From the NCBI GenBank assembly GCA_964569605.1, contig CAZMUJ010000088.1:6281-70280 (forward strand): a DNA stretch of 64,000 nt. Direction: 5' to 3'. This document shows positions 58,552 to 64,000 of the stretch, piece by piece. The notes under the pieces are model-generated. The model ran no database searches, was not told the DNA's origin, and saw nothing but the letters and a program-made list of their open reading frames with translations. Positions within the stretch are counted from its first letter, which is position 1, and the number at the start of each line of letters is the position of its first letter. The position numbers and the translations under genes were made by a program. Source of the DNA: an uncultured Acidobacteriota bacterium. Its GTDB lineage: Bacteria > Acidobacteriota > UBA6911 > RPQK01 > CBDAPI01.

Positions 58552-58834
58552 AATTGTTCCTCGCCACGGAATTGCTCCTCGTCAGTTTGGGCATAGCCAC
58601 CTGCCCCAAGAAATTCCAGTGTTAGAGCGAAAGCGCCAGCGCAGAGGAGACCGATAACTAGAAAAAAGCAGCTTGTGTAGAGTGGCCATTAGCGAGCCTC
58701 AAGCAAACATTTGGAAATTTGCAGTTCTGAATAATCCTAGCAGCCAGAAAAGTAAAGGACAAACCAGGCAAGGACGGGTTTTCAGCAAGCGGGACAAAAA
58801 CTGGGACAGGTAAAGTTAAGGACCAGTGAACCTA

Positions 58835-59347
58835 TTAGTTAATACTCTTAGATGGGATATTGACTACTTTCTGATCGATGTCCGGGTCAAAGCTTTCGGC
58901 TATGGTTCTTGCTCTTGGACTTGGAGGGAGAATAAAGATTGGCATTGATTTATTGGCGTTTGCTTTCTTTTCGAGCAGGCCATTTATTCTGGACAGTAAT
59001 TCAAAATTTTCTCGTAGCTCTTTGCCTGCACTTAGACATATCCTTAAATCACCGTTCTCCCGTGCTTTCCTAAGAACCTCCTGGAAGACATCTTCTAAGG
59101 CTATGATCTTCCCTAGCAGCTTATCGGCATGAGTTAACTCTCCAGCCTTCTCGGCTTTGGCTAGGGTCTTTGGTATATGTTTTGACTTATGCCGTTGTAG
59201 GGCAGACCTGGACAAACAATTCCGTCCCGCAATGGCCCAGATCGGCTCACCACTAACCAAAGAAAGCTCGATCGATTCTCTATTTTCATGTATACAAACA
59301 CTACATTCCTGAGAAATATTTGTGAGGGGATTATAGTGCCATGACAC
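58835..59347 (-). CDS. Hypothetical protein with putative Cys/His zinc-binding motif
   Basis: 170 aa. CSVC ... NCLSRSALQRHKSKH (a C-x2-C ... C-x8-H-x3-H arrangement) followed by a helical, charged C-terminal half. No confident family assignment. Confidence 0.4.
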   Translation of the reverse strand: MSWHYNPLTNISQECSVCIHENRESIELSLVSGEPIWAIAGRNCLSRSALQRHKSKHIPKTLAKAEKAGELTHADKLLGKIIALEDVFQEVLRKARENGDLRICLSAGKELRENFELLSRINGLLEKKANANKSMPIFILPPSPRARTIAESFDPDIDQKVVNIPSKSIN

Positions 59348-59369
59348 GACATGTTATGGATGTTGAGAG

Positions 59370-59558
59370 ATGTTAGTTAATACAAGTTGGGTCGACTGCC
59401 CCTATTGTGCTGAGTCTATCGAAATCGTAATCGATTGCAGCGTGTCATCTCAGGAATATATTGAAGATTGTGAGGTCTGTTGTAGACCAATACATCTGGC
59501 TGTTCATGTTAGTGTAGATGGAGACATCCTGGTGCTGCCTAGTCATGAAGATCAGTGA
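59370..59558 (+). CDS. CPXCG-motif cysteine-rich small protein (zinc-ribbon-like)
   Basis: 62 aa: WVDCPYCAESIEIVIDCS...EDCEVCCRPI matches the CPxCG ... DCxVCC pattern of the small Cys-rich family. Confidence 0.55.
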   Translation: MLVNTSWVDCPYCAESIEIVIDCSVSSQEYIEDCEVCCRPIHLAVHVSVDGDILVLPSHEDQ

Positions 59559-59576
59559 GCCAAGGGAGAAGGTAAA

Positions 59577-59894
59577 GTGTTAAAAGAGAAAGCTCGGTTC
59601 GACATTGGCCAACTTGTTCGCCATCGCCTTTTTGGCTATCGGGGAGTGATAGTAGACGTAGATTCTGTTTTCTCGGGCATGGAAGAATGGTATGAAGCGG
59701 TAGCCAGAACTCGGCCTCCCAAAGAGCAGCCTTGGTATCATGTCCTTGTCAGCGAAAGTAATGGTCAAACCTACGTGGCCGAGAGAAACTTGGAAGCCGA
59801 CCCATCTCGAGAACCGATCAAGCATCCAAGTCTAAGATCTTACTTTAGTGACTTCGATGGACGCCGCTATCTAAGTCGAAGCCGGGCAAACTGA
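59577..59894 (+). CDS. hspQ: HspQ/YccV-like hemimethylated-DNA-binding domain protein
   Basis: ARFDIGQLVRHRLFGYRGVIVDVD...EQPWYHVLV is the YccV-like domain signature. Confidence 0.65.
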   Translation: MLKEKARFDIGQLVRHRLFGYRGVIVDVDSVFSGMEEWYEAVARTRPPKEQPWYHVLVSESNGQTYVAERNLEADPSREPIKHPSLRSYFSDFDGRRYLSRSRAN

Positions 59895-60267
59895 GTCTAG
59901 TAGAAAAAGTTGGACCAGTGTAAACGGACCTTCTCTAGTATGCGGAGCCTGCACGACCCCAAAAAATACACCTCCCTAAAAGAATTCAGACCTCCCAAAA
60001 AAATAACCCCACACCCCCTAAAAATTACGGGACAACGTTCTCGCCTGCTTTCGGAGAAATATATAGCGTATAGCTTCGCCACCCACCTTCGTGGGGGCAT
60101 GAGTCCATGGAGCAAAACTACGGAAAATGGGATAGATAGGGGGTACCTAGCAGGAGGTAAACCCAAGAGCAGCAAGGAAACTCTATTGTTTAGTAAAGGG
60201 ACTACCTTAATCTCAATTATTACGTCTATGCAGTTGCCTAAAAATATACAAAGTTCATGCACTTAAA

Positions 60268-61170
60268 CTAACGTAATGAGTCCTCTAACAGAGTGGAAGA
60301 GTCGGTTCGATCATCTCTATATTTGACGATTAAAGAACAATGAATAGAGACACCGTGCTGAGTAGGAAACTCACCCTTCACTACTCTAGAACCAGGAACA
60401 ACCACAGCACCCTGAGGAATAATGAGAGGATGATCACCAGACTTTCGATAGATTTTTTTCTTTACGAGATCAATCACTGGAGTAGAACCTGTGAGAATGG
60501 TTCCTGCCCCAATCACTGCTCCTTCTGAAACTATTGTTCCCTCATATATTCCGCTGTTACCACCTACGAGAACTTCATCCTCAATAATTACTGGTAAGGC
60601 TCCAACTGGCTCTAAGACACCCCCAATCTGAGCGGCCGCACTGAGATGCACTCGTTTTCCTAGCTGAGCACAAGAGCCTACCAAGGCATGGGAATCAATC
60701 ATTGATCCGGTATCCACAAAGGCCCCCACATTAATATAAGCTGGAGGCATAATAACAACACCTCTCGCCAAGTAAGCACCATCACGGATTGAAGAACCAC
60801 CGGGAACCTGACGAATTTCATCAGATAAGGATAATTTCTTAAGCGGAAAAGTAGATTTATCAAAAAAACGGAAATCAGAGTTAATTGAATAGTTTTGTAA
60901 AGTCCCTATCCGAAAACCAAGTAAAACTCCTTTCTTAACCCAATCGTTGACTTGCCATTCTGAACCTATCTTTTCTGCAGCACGTATTTCGCCCTCGTTA
61001 AGTAGGGACTTAAACTCATCAAAGAGTCCTAAATCAGATCTCCTAAATTCTTCTGCCGATTTTTCGTATGATTTCTCAATCTTATTTTTCAGTTGTTTTA
61101 CTGTATCCATTAATCGGCCTCTTGAAGAAACCCTCTTTTTTATAGAAACCTTCTCCTGCAGTGATACCAA
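60268..61170 (-). CDS. dapD: 2,3,4,5-tetrahydropyridine-2,6-dicarboxylate N-succinyltransferase
   Basis: Strong DapD alignment ([25 protein letters not shown]...[12 protein letters not shown] hexapeptide repeats). The real start is likely the internal MDTVKQL. Confidence 0.85.
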   Translation of the reverse strand: MVSLQEKVSIKKRVSSRGRLMDTVKQLKNKIEKSYEKSAEEFRRSDLGLFDEFKSLLNEGEIRAAEKIGSEWQVNDWVKKGVLLGFRIGTLQNYSINSDFRFFDKSTFPLKKLSLSDEIRQVPGGSSIRDGAYLARGVVIMPPAYINVGAFVDTGSMIDSHALVGSCAQLGKRVHLSAAAQIGGVLEPVGALPVIIEDEVLVGGNSGIYEGTIVSEGAVIGAGTILTGSTPVIDLVKKKIYRKSGDHPLIIPQGAVVVPGSRVVKGEFPTQHGVSIHCSLIVKYRDDRTDSSTLLEDSLR

Positions 61171-61233
61171 TAATCACACAAACGAACTGAGAGTACTTCA
61201 CAATTCCGATCCAACGTTGCAAAATCAGAACAA

Positions 61234-61980
61234 TTACTCAAAAAGACCCTCTATAACATCATCAAAGGTAAAAACTCCTTGCCTTCCTAATACCCATTCT
61301 GCAGCTAAAAGAGCTCCTAAGGCAAAGCCACTTCTATTTCGGGCTATATGTCGTAGCTCGATCGTATCAGGAAGAGAATCAAAAAATACAGAGTGGGTTC
61401 CTGGCAGTTCACCACCTCTTGACGAAGTTACTTGTAATTGCTCAGTAGCAATTGGACCGGCGGCTATATCCGATTCAATTTTACTTTTTCGCTTCAGCTG
61501 ATCTATTAAAATTTTCCCCAGCGCTAGAGCAGTCCCACTAGGACTGTCGACCTTTCTTCTATGGTGACTTTCGTGAACAAATACATCATAATCTGGAAGT
61601 TGGTTAAAAAGCGTTCCTGCCTCTCTCACAATTCTTAGATAAACAGCCACGCCAATCGAGAAGTTAGGAGCATGAACAATCGCCATTTCAGAAGAAATGA
61701 CCTGAGCTCTAACTTCTGCAAATCGAGCTGTCCAACCTGTTGTCCCAAGAACTAAAGGAACACCCCAATTGGCCAGCATACAGACGTTATTTACGACACA
61801 TTCTGGACACGAAAAATCGATACAAACATCGATTTCTTCATTGAAAGAATCCTCTGAAAGAGGTCTATTTCGATTAAAGGCAGCAACAATATTATGCCCT
61901 TTTTCAGGAGCTATACGGGCGATTTCACCTCCCATGTTCCCAGTTCCAATCAAGCCGATATTGAGACCTTGTTTTCCCAT
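61234..61980 (-). CDS. dapB: 4-hydroxy-tetrahydrodipicolinate reductase
   Basis: LNIGLIGTGNMGGEIARI is the NAD(P)-binding N-terminus. Total length 248 aa. Confidence 0.85.
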   Translation of the reverse strand: MGKQGLNIGLIGTGNMGGEIARIAPEKGHNIVAAFNRNRPLSEDSFNEEIDVCIDFSCPECVVNNVCMLANWGVPLVLGTTGWTARFAEVRAQVISSEMAIVHAPNFSIGVAVYLRIVREAGTLFNQLPDYDVFVHESHHRRKVDSPSGTALALGKILIDQLKRKSKIESDIAAGPIATEQLQVTSSRGGELPGTHSVFFDSLPDTIELRHIARNRSGFALGALLAAEWVLGRQGVFTFDDVIEGLFE

Positions 61981-62153
61981 TTAGACCCTTACAATTTCTA
62001 TCCCCATGACAATGGAAAGGGAGCCTTTCTCAATCTAAAATATTTTAGATTGAGAACCATAGAATTTATTTTCAAAACACTCTCTTTCACCAGTTTAAAT
62101 ATCATCTTCTAAATTCCTAATACTTGGCAAAGTGTTTAGCCTAATACTAGATT

Positions 62154-63038
62154 TCAGATTTGATCCAATAGCCCATATTCATTAAGAACATTCACCAGTT
62201 TTTCTTCTTGTGGCTTAGACATAGCTCCTAGGGGAAGTCGCAACTTCCCAACCTTCCACCCTAGGATATTTAGAGCTGTTTTTACCGGGATCGGATTAGT
62301 CTCAAAGAACATAGAGCGACATAGGGGAAACAGCTTTTTTTGACACTGTAACACTTGAGAGATATTTGACTTCTGAAAGTCATCATAGAGCGCACAAAGA
62401 TCACGTGGAACTAGATTTCCGACTACGGACACTACTCCTACTCCTCCCACGCTTAGAATTGGAACAAATAGCGAGTCATCCCCGGAAAAAACACCAATTC
62501 TATCCGCACAACGACCTATGATTTCCGATATTTGGTCCAGGTTTCCACTAGCCTCCTTAAGAGCAACTATACCGTCATTTTCACTAAGTCGCTCTACTGT
62601 AGAAGGCTCAAGGTTCACTCCGGTTCTTGATGGAACATTGTATATCATCAGAGGCATATCAACTGAATGAGCAACTGCTTCAAAATGAAGAAAAAGTCCC
62701 TCCTGGGTAGGCTTGTTATAGTATGGAGTGATAACCATGGCCATATCAGCCCCCAGATCTCGAGCTTTATAAGTTGCTTCAATAGTCGCAGCTGTACTAT
62801 TTGTTCCAGTACCTGCCACAATAGTTATTTTTCCTCCAGCCTCCTGAACCACAATCTCAAATATTCGACATATTTCCGACCAGGAAAGAGTCGGAGATTC
62901 TCCCGTTGTCCCACAAAGAACAATCCCCTGAGTGCCACTTTCTACCTGAAAACGAACCAACTCACGAAGTTTTTCCTCGTTCACTCCTCCCTTGTAAAAG
63001 GGTGTGACTAAGGCGACAAAAAGACCTTCTAATTGCAT
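62154..63038 (-). CDS. dapA: 4-hydroxy-tetrahydrodipicolinate synthase
   Basis: DapA pattern (GLFVALVTPF ... GIVLCGTTGESPTLS ... the KEASG active-site Lys region). Confidence 0.85.
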   Translation of the reverse strand: MQLEGLFVALVTPFYKGGVNEEKLRELVRFQVESGTQGIVLCGTTGESPTLSWSEICRIFEIVVQEAGGKITIVAGTGTNSTAATIEATYKARDLGADMAMVITPYYNKPTQEGLFLHFEAVAHSVDMPLMIYNVPSRTGVNLEPSTVERLSENDGIVALKEASGNLDQISEIIGRCADRIGVFSGDDSLFVPILSVGGVGVVSVVGNLVPRDLCALYDDFQKSNISQVLQCQKKLFPLCRSMFFETNPIPVKTALNILGWKVGKLRLPLGAMSKPQEEKLVNVLNEYGLLDQI

Positions 63039-63257
63039 AATTAATCTCTGGGAAATTCTATGGTGTAAATCCGAGTTTGTCCTCTAACAAACCCTCCCCT
63101 ACAATCATTCTCCAAGAAACTCTTTAGACGAAGAGACAAAAAATCCAAAATAATACTTTTCTCTTCTTTTGTCTCCATTCTTTTCATTCATAATTAACTA
63201 CCACCTTTAAAACCATCTTGGATCCTAAATTCTTATTACATTTCAAAAAAAGAAATT

Positions 63258-63344
63258 GGTGCCGGAGGCGGGATTCGAACCCGCACACTCGCAAGAGCGC
63301 CACCCCCTCAAGATGGTGTGTCTACCAGATTCCACCACTCCGGC
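63258..63344 (-). tRNA. tRNA-Leu (anticodon GAG), class II with long variable arm, CCA encoded
   Basis: The reverse complement folds as a cloverleaf. The acceptor stem is GCCGGAG/CTCCGGC with an A discriminator and CCA. The D-stem is 3 bp. The anticodon stem is CCATC/GGTGG with loop TTGAGGG. The variable arm is ~15 nt. The T-arm is GCGGG-TTCGAAT-CCCGC. Confidence 0.9.
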
Positions 63345-63353
63345 ACACTTCTC

Positions 63354-63761
63354 TTAGTTACTGTCTCTAGCACCCTTTTCACTACCATCAGGAGCCCTAT
63401 CAGTATCGGGCAAGGTTGTTTCATTTTCAATCACACCCTCTTCCTTCTCTCCATGCGGCTTTTGATCACTTGAGTCCAGAACTTTTTGAGAAGTAACTTC
63501 TGTGGAAGGATTATTTTCCATTACACTTGATTCACCACGCTGGGCCCAACCGGCTAATATCAAGCAAGTAACCATAAAAACAGCTGAACTTATAGCCGTT
63601 AGCTTAGTAAGTAAAGTTGCGGCAGAACGTGTCCCAAAAGCTGTCTGGCTACCTGCTCCACCAAAGGTTGAAGCCAAATCACCAGCTTTCCCAGACTGAA
63701 GCAATACCACCAAAATTAACAAACAACAAACTAGAATATGTAAAGCAATAATCAAAAACAT
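63354..63761 (-). CDS. secG: Preprotein translocase subunit SecG with acidic C-terminal extension
   Basis: LLQSGKAGDLASTFGGAGSQTAFGTRSAATLLTKLT is the SecG signature between two TM helices. It has a ~60-aa acidic low-complexity tail. tRNA-Leu lies immediately downstream, as in the E. coli secG-leuU arrangement. Confidence 0.8.
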   Translation of the reverse strand: MFLIIALHILVCCLLILVVLLQSGKAGDLASTFGGAGSQTAFGTRSAATLLTKLTAISSAVFMVTCLILAGWAQRGESSVMENNPSTEVTSQKVLDSSDQKPHGEKEEGVIENETTLPDTDRAPDGSEKGARDSN

Positions 63762-63794
63762 AATTGATTCTTCCAGACTTTTGGCTTTATTGAC

Positions 63795-64000
63795 TTACGA
63801 CTCGTAATGGATAATTTTCAGAAAACTCTTTGCATCCAGACTGGCTCCACCTACCAATACACCATCAATATCTGTCTGCTTCATTAAGTCGGCTATATTG
63901 TCAGGATTCACGCTTCCGCCATAAAGGATACGCAACCCGTTGGAAATCTCCGATGAATACTTGCCACTGAACCAGTCCCTGATCCAGGAATGGGCTTTCT
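63795..64000 (-). CDS. tpiA: Triosephosphate isomerase, C-terminal part (3'-end inside window; 5' beyond window edge)
   Basis: The minus-strand translation ends ...[40 protein letters not shown], the conserved TIM C-terminus. The stop codon is at 63795-63797. Confidence 0.8.
   Translation of the reverse strand, partial: KAHSWIRDWFSGKYSSEISNGLRILYGGSVNPDNIADLMKQTDIDGVLVGGASLDAKSFLKIIHYES

Noticed and set aside
60140-60190. Sequence GGTAAACCCAAGAGCAGCAAGG resembling a conserved RNase P RNA block; SRP RNA and tmRNA also considered
   Set aside because: The other universally conserved RNase P elements (the P4 strands AGGAAAGUCCGGGC / ACAGAACCCGGCUUA) are absent within 400 bp on either strand. 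There is no GNRA-tetraloop SRP domain IV, and no tRNA-like 3' end for tmRNA. The resemblance is treated as coincidental.
59897-60266. Two long ORFs (121 aa on the minus strand, 118 aa on the plus strand) covering the same 370-bp gap
   Set aside because: They overlap each other almost completely on opposite strands. Both have odd composition (Pro/Lys/Gly-rich, no recognisable domains) and lie in a C-rich low-complexity segment. They are more likely non-coding (see the finding) than protein-coding.
63039-63257. Looked for a lysine riboswitch upstream of dapA and for a terminator after tRNA-Leu
   Set aside because: No L-box hallmark (AGAGGCGC...). There is only a weak inverted repeat (GAAGAGACAAAA / TTTTGTCTC) and a T-run following the tRNA.
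1-64000. Searched for CRISPR arrays, IS elements, integrases, phage genes or rRNA
   Set aside because: I found no regularly spaced direct repeats with unique spacers. No ORF carries transposase (DDE), tyrosine/serine recombinase or phage structural signatures. The single tRNA is not followed by an integrase. The window appears to be core chromosome.

Overview
The window is a gene-dense chromosomal segment of roughly 40% GC with about 62 protein-coding genes and one tRNA. I found no transposase, integrase, CRISPR array or rRNA. Most genes are housekeeping:
- DNA topology and segregation: a type IIA topoisomerase B-subunit C-terminus (partial at the window start), the A subunit, scpAB, HU.
- Cofactor biosynthesis: a riboflavin operon (ribE-ribBA) and moaA.
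- Amino-acid biosynthesis: ilvBNC downstream of a divergent LysR regulator, and dapA-dapB-dapD.
- Translation: trpS, glyQ-glyS, rpsT, tsaC, and tRNA-Leu(GAG) immediately downstream of secG.
- Central metabolism: tpiA (partial at the window end), a eukaryote-type class I fructose-bisphosphate aldolase next to myo-inositol-3-phosphate synthase, and glycerate kinase.
- Envelope and lipid genes: pssA-psd, an LptE-like lipoprotein next to holA, sppA, two M50 proteases, several glycosyltransferases, and a GT83 + GT2 (ArnT/ArnC-like) pair.
- Transporters: SSF, AGCS, MgtE.

The LptE-like lipoprotein, secG-tRNA-Leu synteny, a GWxTD-domain protein and a VWA-related domain with a degenerate MIDAS motif suggest a diderm organism, possibly Acidobacteria-related or FCB-group. 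This is a low-confidence inference.

Candidates for undescribed biology:
1. A 770-aa GT2-GT4 fusion glycosyltransferase translationally coupled (ATGA overlap) to a 458-aa protein built from three tandem ~115-aa repeats of unknown function.
2. A riboflavin synthase carrying an in-frame ~195-aa C-terminal extension with a predicted TM helix, followed by a RibBA whose GTP-cyclohydrolase-II domain has lost all zinc-ligand cysteines (RibBX-like).
3. A Mn-type DtxR-family regulator (Cys to Glu at the selectivity position) start/stop-coupled to an acyl-CoA ligase, downstream of a MerR-HTH/TPR fusion and a 546-bp AT-rich gap.
4. The 58.5-60.3 kb region: a GC-richer non-coding segment with GGAC-type repeats, a Cys/His-motif hypothetical protein, a CPXCG mini-protein plus HspQ, and a 370-bp gap between convergent genes that is C-rich and open in several frames (possible ncRNA).

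All calls come from reading the six-frame translations and the DNA directly. No database searches were run.
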